From assembly GCA_041389005.1 (NCBI GenBank), contig JAWKSR010000003.1:2377-66376 (forward strand): DNA of 64,000 bases, in the 5' to 3' direction. The translations under genes were made by a program, and so were the position numbers. Shown here one piece after another: positions 10,314-20,693 of the stretch (position 1 is its first letter; every line of letters starts with the position of its first letter). Below the pieces are notes generated by a model. That model saw only the letters and a list, made by a program, of their open reading frames with translations, did no database searches and was not told the DNA's origin. This DNA comes from Minisyncoccota bacterium (GTDB taxonomy: Bacteria > Patescibacteriota > Minisyncoccia > Phycocordibacterales > UBA918).

Positions 10314-12399
10314 ATGCCAGCAAAGAAAACTGCTAAAAAAACCACAAAAAAAAGCGGGTATGATGCCTCGGCTATTTCAGTTCTTGAGGGTCTGGAGCCA
10401 GTGCGTAAACGCCCTGGTATGTACATTGGTACGACTGGTCCGGATGGCCTTCATCACCTGATCTGGGAAGTGTTTGATAACTCACGCGACGAGGCGATGG
10501 GTGGTTTTGCGAACCGAGTGGAGGTAGCATTGCTGCCGGGTGGGTATGTGCGGGTGGTTGATAATGGGCGAGGTATTCCGGTTGATAAGCACAAACAAAC
10601 GGGTGTATCTGCGCTTGAGACTATTCTGACTACCCTCCATGCGGGCGGAAAGTTTGGCGGCGATGAGTCTGGCTATAAAGTGTCGGGTGGGCTACATGGA
10701 GTTGGCGTCTCGGTGGTAAACGCCCTATCTACTCACGTGATTGCTGAAGTACATCGCGACGGCGCGTACCATATTCAGGAATACAACATTGGTAAACCGA
10801 AAGCTAAAGTAAAAAAGGTGGGGAGCTCTAAGTTGCAGGGAACTATTATCACGTTCCAAGCAGACGAAAGTATTTTCAAAGAAATTATCTATGACTACAA
10901 GCGTATTGTGAACCACCTGCGGCAGCAAGCGTACTTGGTCAAAGACATGAAACTGACCGTGATTGACGCGCGGGAACTAACAGAAAAACAGGAGGCAAAA
11001 CTTGACTTGCGCGGCAAGCAATACTTAGCAGATGAGGAACTTGAAGTGCCTCACACTCATTTTTATTTTGAAGGCGGTCTGCGTTCTTTGGTGGCGTTTA
11101 ATAATCACTACCAAAAACCAATCCATAAAAATATTTTCTACGTTGAGAAGCAGGACATTGATTCGGCGGTCTTGTCGGTGGAAGTGGCACTACAATACGT
11201 GGATGATATCTCGGCTCGCATTTCTGCGTTTGCCAATAATATCTATAACCCAGAGCACGGTACTCACGTGACTGGTTTTAAGACGGCACTAACTCGAACA
11301 CTCAACAATTACGGCAAGAAGAATAATCTTATTAAAGAGAAAGATGGTGGGTTTACGGGTGATGACGTGCTCGAGGGCATCACCGCGGTGGTGTCCGTGA
11401 AGATGCCGGAGATTCAGTTTGAGGGACAGACTAAAGGGAAACTCGGAAGTGTAGAGGCGCGCGGCGCAGTAGAATCAGTCTTCGGCGAAGCCTTCAACGC
11501 GTATCTTGAGGAAAATCCTGATGACGCGAAAGCTATCATCAATAAGGTGGTGATTGCCGTAAAAGCACGCAAAGCTGCTAAGGCAGCCAAAGACTCAGTA
11601 CTTCGCAAGGGGGCACTTGAGGGTATGTCCCTGCCAGGTAAATTGGCAGATTGTCAGAGCAAGCGGGCTGAGGATTCCGAACTCTTCATTGTAGAGGGAG
11701 ACTCAGCAGGTGGTTCAGCTAAAATGGGACGTGACCGTAAGACGCAAGCTATCTTGCCACTGCGCGGCAAGATTCTCAACGTAGAACGCGCCCGAATTGA
11801 TAAAATGCTTGCCAGTGAGCAGATAAAGAACCTGGTCATCGCTCTCGGGACCGCCATTGGTGATGTATTTGATGAGAGCAAGTTGCGCTACCATAAAATC
11901 ATCATCGCCACTGATGCTGATGTTGATGGCGCTCACATCCGCACGCTGTTGTTGACTCTATTCTATCGTTACTTCCGTCCTTTGGTAGATGGAGGGTACG
12001 TCTACATCGCGCAACCACCGCTTTATAAGATTCAGAAAGGGAAGGAGTCGTGGTACGCCTTATACTGATCAGGAGAAATTCAGTATTGTTGTGACGACGA
12101 CCCGGGTGAAGTCGCAGAAGAAGAAAGTGATACTGAAGAAGCAGCTGAGACAGAAAAACAATGAAACTACCAAGAAAACTGCCAAGTATCGTATTCAGCG
12201 CTACAAGGGTCTGGGTGAGATGAATGCGGAAGAGCTGTGGGAGACTACTATGCATCCAGAGAACCGCTTGCTCAAGCAGGTGACCGTTGAAGATGCCCAA
12301 GACGCTGATAAAGTATTTGATATCTTGATGGGTACCGATGTGGCGAGTCGGAAGAGCTTCATTCAGTCCAATGCTAAAAACGCCACGCTTGACGTCTAA
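10314..12399 (+). CDS. gyrB: DNA gyrase subunit B, frameshift region about 12000-12120
   Basis: The GHKL ATPase motifs ([30 protein letters not shown]), TOPRIM ([10 protein letters not shown]) and C-terminal [20 protein letters not shown] are all present. The last two sit in a different frame from the body. Confidence 0.9.
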
Positions 12400-12473
12400 G
12401 CAATAAATAATTTTAGCGAACTACTGCGTTACGCCACAAAAATATTTATTCTACCAACACACTTCCACAAAAC

Positions 12474-12510
12474 AAAACCTCGTGAAGCTTAACTTCATGA
12501 GGTTTTTGTT
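12474..12510. terminator. bidirectional terminator aaaacctcgtgaag/cttcatgaggtttt between the convergent gyrB and the 12537 gene
   Basis: 13-bp stem with one G-U pair and T/A tracts on both sides. Confidence 0.7.
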
Positions 12511-12536
12511 TTCACGTAAGTGACTAGTCTTTGATC

Positions 12537-13584
12537 TCAACACCCCAAGTAAATGAGTTGTTGTTGGTTCAGTATGTCGCTACCATCGATCTCAACACCG
12601 AAGGTTTGAAATCCGTCATCGCCAGGATTCTTGAACGCTACCGTAAGGACAGCACGTTCGTTTGGCTTTAAGCGGAGTTTGTACCTTTGATTCATAGGTT
12701 TCTTGCCAGTGGTAAGCGTGGCCTCAAAGGTCCACTCGGTTGAAGTCTTGGTACCCGTGTTCTTTACTTCAAACTGGAAAGCAGCTTTGTCATCCACATC
12801 AATCTCAGAAGCAGTGATAAATCGGTTTTGCTATCAAGAATATCGACGCGCCAAGATATTTCACTGCAAGCTCAGTGTAACCATGTGGGTCAGAAACTGG
12901 CTCTTTGAACGTCTTGATGTACGTTACACCAGTTGGTGTAGCAGGAGTCTGGGGCTTAGGAGTCTCAGTTACTGGTGTAGAAGGGGTTGGCTGTGAGTCT
13001 GTTTCAGTATTCATTTCTGTACCCGTGTCGATATCGGTATCTGAATCACCAAGCGCGATGCCTTGTGGAATGCGAGCGTTCACGACTGTCGCCACTTTAT
13101 TGGCGGCAATGGTTGGGGTGCTATTACCATCTTCGATAAAGGCAATCTGATATGGGATGTCAGTGAGCGATTCTTCTCAGAAGAGAAGCAGTGCCGTCAA
13201 TCGAGAACACATCAGCGGGTAGGATGAAGTTTGTCTCACACGGTACACCCACGATATCATTCCCAATACGCACATCGAGCGCTACACCCTCTACACATTT
13301 GTAGTTGATGACATAATTACCGTCTCGTTTGAGATCAGACCAGGCGATAGTAAATGACTCGTCTGAGTTTACTACTGCGTCTACCACCGTAATATTGATC
13401 TCGTTTTGAGCCCGACGTCCGTCTTCTACGCTTTCAGCGAGTGAAGCGAGTGAAGAGAAGGCACTTGGCACCAAACGTACTACCTGAATTGCGAGCCAGG
13501 TACCGATGATGACCAGGACACAAACCCGATAACTGCGAAGGTCTTTAGAAGACGATTCTCAGCCGGTGTTTGGTTTTGTTCCAT
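12537..13584 (-). CDS. membrane-anchored secreted protein with a Pro/Thr-rich linker, split over at least 3 ORFs by frameshifts
   Basis: The N-terminus is MEQNQTPAENRLLKTFAVIGFV...IIGTWLAIQ (TM). The ORFs at 13160-13474, 12805-13095 and 12537-12797 continue one polypeptide, including a PTPSTPVTETPKPQTPATP linker. Confidence 0.45.
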
Positions 13585-13737
13585 AATAAAAATTTATTTA
13601 ATAGCAATGTCACTCTTCATATACATAAAAGACCTACACGCAAAGGTAGGAAGAACAATTATGTATGTCTTGAGAACAGGCTCCTAAGCGAGCTTCGTAT
13701 GACGTTCTGATAATAGCACGCTTAACAAAAGTGTCAA

Positions 13738-13776
13738 GTGTCATATATTGACATTTTAATAAAATAGTGTATCATT
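13738..13776 (+). promoter_or_regulatory. promoter (-35 TTGACA at 13748-13753, -10 TATCAT) overlapped by the 15-bp perfect palindrome TGTCATATATTGACA (13739-13753)
   Basis: The palindrome and an adjacent GTGTCA direct repeat were read directly. This geometry is typical of a repressor operator overlapping the -35 box. Confidence 0.45.
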
Positions 13777-13799
13777 CTGAGCACTAAATAATATCTATT

Positions 13800-14565
13800 A
13801 TGAAAGCCGCAACAACGTTTTCAGAGCTCCATGACCAGTTGACCCTACGACTGGTGCCATTTTTTGTCGTATTCTTCATCATCATGGTGATTGCCTACGG
13901 TGGCCTTTATCATTGATTTCATTCCCGGAACTGGTTGATGAAACAGCCGAAGGACCGCTAAGACTGAGACTACCAGTCGTGTAGGTAGTGTTCTTAATAC
14001 CATCAACGGTGGTCTGCGTCCTAAAGACAACGCTGGGGAAGTAGATGGTTCATGCGGGTGGTAATTCCAGAGGAGGCTGGAAGAGGCTCCGGCGCAACTC
14101 AATATTGATCCAGTTGATCCATTGCCGCGTTCTGTGTCCATTTCAGCACTAGGGCGTACCGTACCGGTATTGAACCCTGCCTCTCGTAGTGTAGCGGTAC
14201 TTGATGAGGCACTGCTTTCTGGTGTCGTACGACACCCAGATTCAGCTGATTTTAGTGAACCAGGAAATATCCTTATTCTTGGTCATTCTAGCTACCTACC
14301 AAACGTTTGAAGAACTTCCAGGCATTTAATGGTCTCCAGGAGCTGACTTGGGGTGATGAAATCCGCGTGACTTCAGGCGATACTGCGTATGTGTACCAGG
14401 TAGATCGCGTCTACAAAGCTAGTGCTACCAACGGAAGTGCCGGTCACTCGTGGGCAAGCCAAATTGACTTTTTTGGTGACATGTAACAGTTTTGGTGCTA
14501 AAGAAGACTGTTTGTTGTTGAAGTGCCGCTTATTGAAACGCACGCGTTTCCAAAATAAGGCTTGA
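13800..14565 (+). CDS. sortase-family transpeptidase, heavily frameshifted
   Basis: N-terminal TM helix (LVPFFVVFFIIMVIAYGG), then GNILILGHSS, FQAFNGLQELTWGDEIRVTSGDTAYVYQVDRVYKA and ...FLVTC (the LxTC catalytic Cys motif), spread over three frames. Confidence 0.5.
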
Positions 14566-14906
14566 TGTGCTCATTTTAGCATGGGTGAAAAGAGCAGTAA
14601 AGGGTTGACCGAACCCTTCTTCTCAAACAGTATATTGTAGGTACATGTACTATTTCTACGTTTTGGAGAGTAATCTTGAGAACTATATTTTGGAAGCACC
14701 AATGACCTAAACGCCGGCTTAAAGAGCATCAGACTGAAAGTATTGTACTACAAGAACTCAAATTTGACACTAGTCTATTATGAGGCAAGGCGATCTTCGG
14801 AGGCTGATGCTCGAGATAGAGAGCATAACGTAAAACACAACGGTGGTTCAAAAAGGGCTCTCAAACAAAGGATTTTTAGAAGGCAGTAGGAGAAGTAGGG
14901 TAGGGG

Positions 14907-14935
14907 TTGACAAATTCATCAAAAAGTGCTATATT
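14907..14935 (+). promoter_or_regulatory. near-consensus sigma-70 promoter TTGACA-17-TATATT
   Basis: -35 TTGACA at 14907-14912, a 17-nt spacer and -10 TATATT at 14930-14935. It drives a transcript through an ORF-poor region. Confidence 0.6.
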
Positions 14936-15352
14936 GGGATATAGAGTACTTTTGGGTTACAGTAGACCCGAATTGTATCCTCACAATTACATATCGATCC
15001 AGTGACAAACTCATCGCAGTCTCAAGTTGCTATGAATTTGTGTAAAGTAGTGCAGAGTCGCTTAGCGTATATTCATACGGTAAGTGACGATAAGCTGCTT
15101 TTCACCAAATTCAGAGTGACGACGACGCGAAACAAGCAAACACCAGATACGTTCTTGTGGTGAGTTTGTCACTGGGTTCGAGTTCTGTGACGAGTTTCCT
15201 CTCTGGAACTGGTCTCTTTTTATTACTGAAAAGAGCAGCTGTAGATAGAAATTCGCCGTATTTCCGCGGATGAATACCATTTCGCGGAAACGCGAATGGA
15301 GTGTTCTTTGATTTTAACCAGCCGCCGCGGCGGTCAACTATAGGAGGAATCC

Positions 15353-15526
15353 ATGAAAAAGGCTCTTACCCATTGCCGCCATTCTTTTGGCGGCGTCCCT
15401 GAACTCGGTGCTGCGCCGGAGTTCACGGGCTTTGCAGTAGCTAAGGCTACTGCCTGCACAGTCAACTGCAATCAGCCGACTCGGCGTCAAACGGGGGCAA
15501 AAGGTTCCCGTCCATAAGGTTGAACG
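15353..15526 (+). CDS. small ORF (57 aa) with AGGAGG RBS; a +1 frame reads as the signal peptide MKKALTIAAILLAASLNSVLR
   Basis: RBS taggaggaatcc before the ATG. The frame ambiguity was read directly. It may be a remnant paralog of the downstream surface protein, whose N-terminus is MKKTLSILTIVAVLG. Confidence 0.3.
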
Positions 15527-15768
15527 GTGCTGGTGGTGGGTCCGGAAGGAGGACCCTACAAAACAATCAGATGCAAATCACCTCTGGCAGTGCATCGTGC
15601 ACCCACCGGTAATCTGGCTGTATGTTTTGAGGGTACCGATGGGAAAATCCACTGGGACTATCAGAAGGAAAGTCCACGTTGGCCGTCCTTTCATCAACCA
15701 CAAAGCAGGCCGTTGGCAATGGACTGGCAGGATGCACGCCCGTACTGATGTGCGGGGTTACACAGGTT

Positions 15769-15800
15769 GGTCGGTGAATCGTTGATAACGATTCGCGACC
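15769..15800 (+). terminator. strong hairpin ggtcggtGAATCGTTgatAACGATTCgcgacc ending the GC-rich unassigned segment
   Basis: 8-bp inner stem plus 5-bp outer stem. The downstream sequence is only A/T-rich, not a clean T-run. Confidence 0.35.
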
Positions 15801-15911
15801 AGACCTAATTATTTCAAAAAAGATACTCTTGGATACTGATGACGAAACACTCTGTCCGCATTATCCGGAATGATCCGGTGAGAATTACACACATAAATTA
15901 TTTCAATTATC

Positions 15912-17326
15912 ATGAAAAAAACTTTATCAATCCTTACCATTGTGGCTGTTCTGGGATTCGTCTCAGCAATCGCAGTTAACCAGGTATCTGCTTACACTAG
16001 TGGAGGCGGCGGTACCGGCTGTGGTGGCTGTGGTGGTGGCGTAGGCGCAACGAAGGTGGCGGTGGAAACGATGGTGGTGATGACAACCCAAAACCACCCA
16101 AGTGTGACTTCCTTAACGCCAGTCAAAACACTGTTCCATATGGTGGTGATGTAACCCTTTCTTGGGGTACTACTCGCGCTGGATCTGTCTCAATCAACAA
16201 TGGTGTTGGTTCAGTGAGTGACGACGGTTCTACTGTTGTGCACGCATTCGACACCACTACCTATGCGCTCACCGTGAGCAACAGTGATGGAAGCGATTCA
16301 TGTACTGTTAAAGTAACTGTTGAGCCACCAGAGCAAGAAACACCAAGTTGTGATTCATTTACAGTTTCACCAACTTCACTTCCATACGGCGGTACGGTGA
16401 CCCTTACCTGGGCAACTACTAATGCTGATACAGTAACAACAATCAACCAAGGTATCGGTACGGTAAGTGACGATGGTTCTACAACCGACTCGTTATTGAC
16501 ACAACTACGTACACGTTGATCAGGTCTCAAATGCACAAGGTTCAGATACCTGTACCGCTGGCGTGACCGTTAACCCACCAGAACAAGGTGCACCAAGCTG
16601 TGATTCATTCACTGCTTCACCAAGTCATTTCTCTAATGGCACCGGTGGTAACGTGAATTTACCTGGACTACTACCAATGCAGACTCTGTCTCAATCAACA
16701 ATGGTGTTGGTTCAGTGGCAGATGATGGTTCGATAGTGGTAAGTGTTTCAAACACGATTACCTACACCCTCACGGTTTCAAACGCACAAGGTTCAGATAC
16801 CTGTACTGCTAAGATTACCGTTGATGATGAACCGAATGACGATATGCGTTGTGACTCATTCACTGCTGACGACTACAACGGCCGTGAAAACGATCGTGTA
16901 ACACTCACCTGGAAGACTACTGGCGCAACTTCAGCTTCTATTAGTCCCGATATTGGTTCAGTGCCAGTTGACGGCTCTACTTCAGTTGTTGTTGAGCATG
17001 ACACTACCTACACTCTTACTATCTCTGATGGTTCTACTTCAAAGACCAGCGTTTCTATCGACACTGAAAGCGGTGGCGGTGGAGGTGGCGGTTCTTCAAG
17101 CTCACGTTGTGACCTTGATATCTCAGATAAAAAGGTAAAAGCTGGTGAGAAAGTAACCCTTGCGATACCCTCACGAACAAACGAAATTGAAATCGAAGAC
17201 AATCACGGTAAAACTATCTTTGAGTCAGATGATGATGACTACATGGACGGTGAGATTGACGTGATTGTATACAAGGATACTGAGTTTAGACTTATCGCTG
17301 AGAAGGGAAGCAAGAAGAACCTGTAA
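15912..17326 (+). CDS. secreted/cell-surface protein with 4-5 tandem beta-domain repeats of about 85 aa, frameshifted
   Basis: Signal peptide MKKTLSILTIVAVLGFVSAIA, then repeated units CDSFT.SP...GG.VTLTW.TT.ADSVSINNGVGSV.DDGS......TYTLTVSN..GSDSCT..VTV..P. The DNA repeats have a period of about 255 bp, and a Gly-run linker is present. Confidence 0.6.
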
Positions 17327-17339
17327 GGTGAAGTAGAAG

Positions 17340-18277
17340 TAGAGGACAATGAAATTGAGATCTACGAGAAGCGTGAACAACCACTCGTGATCGCTCTTAA
17401 GGAGCTGCACACCGCTTTGAACCGGCACCACCACGCCATTATGCCGCTTTCAGTCTCAGCCACCGGGGCGGTATCGGTGAGCGTCACTTTGATTTAACCA
17501 GACAGCAGCCGATAAAGCGATGCTGCATGAAGGGAGAGGCTGAATTCAAAAGAAGATGCTGGCAGCGATGCATCTTCGCACCAGCCGGCGGTAAGTCCTG
17601 AGCCAGTAGTGCTCGGCGATGCTCCAGTTGGGTCTACCAGTTGTTTCTATTAAAAACAGCCGCAACTGAAGACGATGACACATTGACAACTGCATATACT
17701 GACGACACCGACGACAGTGAGACAGAAGTGACCGTGGAAATGAAGTCACTTGAAGACCAGGCGCATGAACTTATGTACTACTCTCCAGTGACGCCATCCG
17801 CCACTTACCGTTGCTAGTGGAAATACAGATCAGGTACTGGCTTCGGTACTTGAGCGGGCGCATGCTACGTATCCATCGGAAGATGGTTGGGTAGTACTGA
17901 ACCTCTCACGCATGCAAGAACTCTTGAGTACAGACACTGCCACGCTGGCGGCTGACACCCCTTTAGGTATTGGCTCACTGGCTGAAGCGATTGTGCGTAG
18001 GGACGTCAATGCAGCGTATCGTATGATTGAGCACCGCCCGATGGTAGCGCTCTCTGATGCGGCTGCTGATCTTGATGCGGTCTATCGCGAACGCCTCACC
18101 GGCGAGCGGGCTGACACCATCTCCGATCTTCGTGAATCTGTGGCTGGTCTTTCGACCGAAGCCTTAGAGACTGTCATCCGTGCGCTTACGAGTGCTGTAG
18201 ATGGCACCTATCACGATGAGCATGAGGCTGTGAAAATGGCGATCATGAAAGCAGTCAGTAGTGTAGACGGAAAATAA
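17340..18277 (+). CDS. hypothetical protein, Asp/Thr-rich N-terminal part then 17912-18277 intact; frameshifted
   Basis: Open frames chain across 17340-17910 (DDTLTTAYTDDTDDSETEVTVEMKSLEDQAHELMYYSPVTPSAT...ASGNTDQVLASVLERAHATYPSEDGWVVLNLS) into the 121-aa ORF. Confidence 0.35.
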
Positions 18278-18297
18278 ATTTGCCTACATACTACGCA

Positions 18298-18326
18298 CGA
18301 AAACTTCCCACCAGGGAAGTTTTTCG
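18298..18326. terminator. bidirectional terminator cgaaaacttccc acca gggaagtttttcg
   Basis: Perfect 12-bp stem between the convergent 17340 gene and thrS. Confidence 0.75.
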
Positions 18327-18345
18327 TGCCTGAATGGACCAAGTA

Positions 18346-20142
18346 TTACGGAGTTAAGGTGCGATTTTCTACTGCCTCGAGTACATGGTTGGCAAACTCG
18401 TTCACACTCATCTGTGTTGAGTCACCAGTGCGAGACTCAACGGTGAGGTTTTCCGCCTCTACTTCCTTATCACCAATGACAATAAAGTACGGGAGCTTAC
18501 CTTGCTTGGCGTTGCGTATCTTTTTACCCATGCTGTCGTCGCTATCATCGAGTTCTACCCGTACTCCTGCCTCAGTCAAGGCGTCTCGTACCTTGGTGGC
18601 ATACTCCATGTGGGCATCAGATACTGGGATTATTGCCGCCTGCACCGGAGCGAGCCATAGTGGGAAGTTGCCACCGAGGTGTTCAATCAGGACTGCCATG
18701 AAGCGTTCCAGTGATCCCGCAATAGCGGCGTGGATCATGATGACTGGTTCCTTCTCGCCGTGCTCGTTTGTGCAGGTGAGATTAAATCGTTCAGGCATGA
18801 GACGATCAAGTTGGATGGTAGCAACTTGGTGCGTACGTCCAATTGAATCGTGCGCCATAAAGTCGAGCTTCGGCGCGTAAAACGCCGCTTCACCAATACC
18901 GATGAAGTAATCTGCCTGACGGTCCTCAGCGATTTGTTTCATGAGCGCTTCCGTTTCTTCCCAGGTAGCACTCTCGCCCAGGTATTTATCTTTTTGTTCT
19001 GGGTCATGAAAAGACAGTCGAACGCGTAGTTTAAAATCAAACGCACCATAAAAATCGTTTACGATATCCCAGATTGCCTCAATTTCATCCCGTAGCTGGG
19101 ATTCTCGACAGAACACATGAGCATCATCTTGCGTGATGGAGAGCACGCGAGTCAGACCAGCCAATTCACCTGATTGTTCCGCTCGGTACACCATGGTCGT
19201 TTCAGCAAAACGCTGCGGCATGTCGCGGTAGGAGCGGGGAACCGAGTCAAATATTTGGGTATGGTGTGGGCAGTTCATTGGCTTTAAGACATACACATCA
19301 TGATCATCTGCCGCTTCCTTGGTTGTTACCTTAAAGAGATCTTCGCTGTATTTGTTCCAGTGCCCTGACGTTTCATAGAGTGACTTCTTGGCTATGTGCG
19401 GAATAGTGACGTGTTGGTAGCCTTTAGCGTGTCGGAGTTCTTGCACGAAATCATCAATCCGCGTACGCAATGCAGTACCAGCAGGAGACCAGAGCGGCAG
19501 ACCAGCTCCCACCAAATCAGAGAAAGAGAAGAGCCCAAGTTCTTTACCGAGTTTGCGATGGTCCCGTTTTTTAGCTTCTTCGAGTTGGTCCTCGTACGCT
19601 TGGAGCTCTTCCGCTGAGTCAAACGCTAAACCGTAGATGCGAGTGAGCATCGGGTTATTCTCATCGCCACGCCAGTAGGCACCTGCAATCTTATCGAGTT
19701 TGAAGCTGTCTGCCGCAATCTCTTGGGCTGGATTATCACTATGACCGCCGCGGCAGAGGTCGGTAAATTCCGCTTTAGTACCGACTCCGGCAGTGTATAA
19801 GGTGATAGTTTCACCTTTGTCTTTGAGTTCGTTAATAAGCTCGATTTTGTACGGATTATCTTTATAGATGGAGAGCGCTTCTTCAGCGGTCACTTCTTTG
19901 TGCTCAAAACTAGTCCACTGACTGAGCATTTTCCGCATGTGTTTTTGGACGCTCTTAAGATTCTCATCACCGGGAGCACTGCCGCCGGAGAAATCGATGT
20001 CGTAGTAAAAACCAGTGTCGATAGCTGGACCGAGGGTGAGTTTGGCGTGTGGGTAGTCTTCTAACACCGCTCGCGCTAAGAGATGGGCTAAAGTATGTCG
20101 TTTTTTTTCGATGTCACTTTCCATAAGAGATGCAACAACCAT
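18346..20142 (-). CDS. thrS: threonine-tRNA ligase, 598 aa, lacks the N-terminal TGS domain
   Basis: Intact ORF with the second additional domain (HTLAHLLARAV...GPAIDTGFYYD), catalytic core (RDHRKLGKELGLFSF, class II motifs) and anticodon-binding domain. Confidence 0.9.
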   Translation of the reverse strand: MVVASLMESDIEKKRHTLAHLLARAVLEDYPHAKLTLGPAIDTGFYYDIDFSGGSAPGDENLKSVQKHMRKMLSQWTSFEHKEVTAEEALSIYKDNPYKIELINELKDKGETITLYTAGVGTKAEFTDLCRGGHSDNPAQEIAADSFKLDKIAGAYWRGDENNPMLTRIYGLAFDSAEELQAYEDQLEEAKKRDHRKLGKELGLFSFSDLVGAGLPLWSPAGTALRTRIDDFVQELRHAKGYQHVTIPHIAKKSLYETSGHWNKYSEDLFKVTTKEAADDHDVYVLKPMNCPHHTQIFDSVPRSYRDMPQRFAETTMVYRAEQSGELAGLTRVLSITQDDAHVFCRESQLRDEIEAIWDIVNDFYGAFDFKLRVRLSFHDPEQKDKYLGESATWEETEALMKQIAEDRQADYFIGIGEAAFYAPKLDFMAHDSIGRTHQVATIQLDRLMPERFNLTCTNEHGEKEPVIMIHAAIAGSLERFMAVLIEHLGGNFPLWLAPVQAAIIPVSDAHMEYATKVRDALTEAGVRVELDDSDDSMGKKIRNAKQGKLPYFIVIGDKEVEAENLTVESRTGDSTQMSVNEFANHVLEAVENRTLTP

Positions 20143-20280
20143 TATCAGCGAATTGCTTTGTTGTGGAGCCTCTTTGTCTCAGTCACCGTACTCTTTCGTA
20201 CGTCTTCTTCGCCGATTTCTCCACGCCGTGCACTTCATCTGATACTGGTTGTTTATTGGTTACTTAGTAAATAAAAAAGT

Positions 20281-20320
20281 CCGAGCAAAAAATTGAAAAG
20301 CTTTTTAATTTTTTGCTCGG
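20281..20320. terminator. 14-bp perfect hairpin ccgagcaaaaaatt/aattttttgctcgg
   Basis: Read directly. It lies between thrS and the small 20514 ORF. Confidence 0.55.
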
Positions 20321-20513
20321 ACGATTTTCATCGCGGTTCCACCGAGATTCTGGTCAGTATACCGACCAGCACTTCATTGGTACAGATTAGGCAAAGGAGC
20401 GGACGGATGTCCTAGTGGTTGGTGGCCACTACAATCTCTGTTCTCGTTATCCTAGCGCTTAAGAGTGCTATTTGTCAAACAAAACGCCGGCATACTTGCC
20501 GACGCTCCTCTTA

Positions 20514-20660
20514 CTATTTTTTAATAGACTGGAACTTATCCAACGATAGCAATCTCTCGATTGCTTCACGGATTATCTCATTTTGAGGTTTGGTTGATCC
20601 AGCTAGTGTAACAGTAGTGGTCGGTTTCTGATTAGGAAACCTGATTATTGGGAATTTCAT
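20514..20660 (-). CDS. small ORF, 48 aa (MKFPIIRFPNQKPTTTVTLAGSTKPQNEIIREAIERLLSLDKFQSIKK)
   Basis: GAGGAGG RBS 8 nt upstream, immediately downstream of dnaE. No family was recognised. Confidence 0.4.
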   Translation of the reverse strand: MKFPIIRFPNQKPTTTVTLAGSTKPQNEIIREAIERLLSLDKFQSIKK

Positions 20661-20693
20661 CTTTAGGTACCTCCTCGTTTTGTCAGTACGCTA

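Noticed and set aside
15540-15557. GGGTCC-GGAAGGA-GGACCC hairpin resembling the SRP RNA domain IV core (GGUCCGGAAGGAAGCAGC)
   Set aside because: Only the 12-nt GGUCCGGAAGGA is shared. The asymmetric-loop 3-prime side (AGCAGC) and the flanking helices expected of 4.5S RNA are missing, and here it is a simple perfect hairpin.
15660-15690. GGAAAGTCCACG resembling the RNase P RNA P4 / CR-I motif (GGAAAGUCCGGGC)
   Set aside because: No partner CR-V (ACAGAAnCCGGCUUA) lies at the right distance and neither CR-II nor CR-III is present. An unrelated CCGGCTTA at 14716 lies on the wrong side and inside the sortase 3-prime region.
18326-18880. 184-aa ORF antisense to thrS, plus similar antisense ORFs inside rnr, rpoC, smc, dnaE and the permease
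   Set aside because: They fully overlap well-supported conserved genes on the opposite strand and have low-complexity Ser/Arg-rich composition typical of antisense frames.
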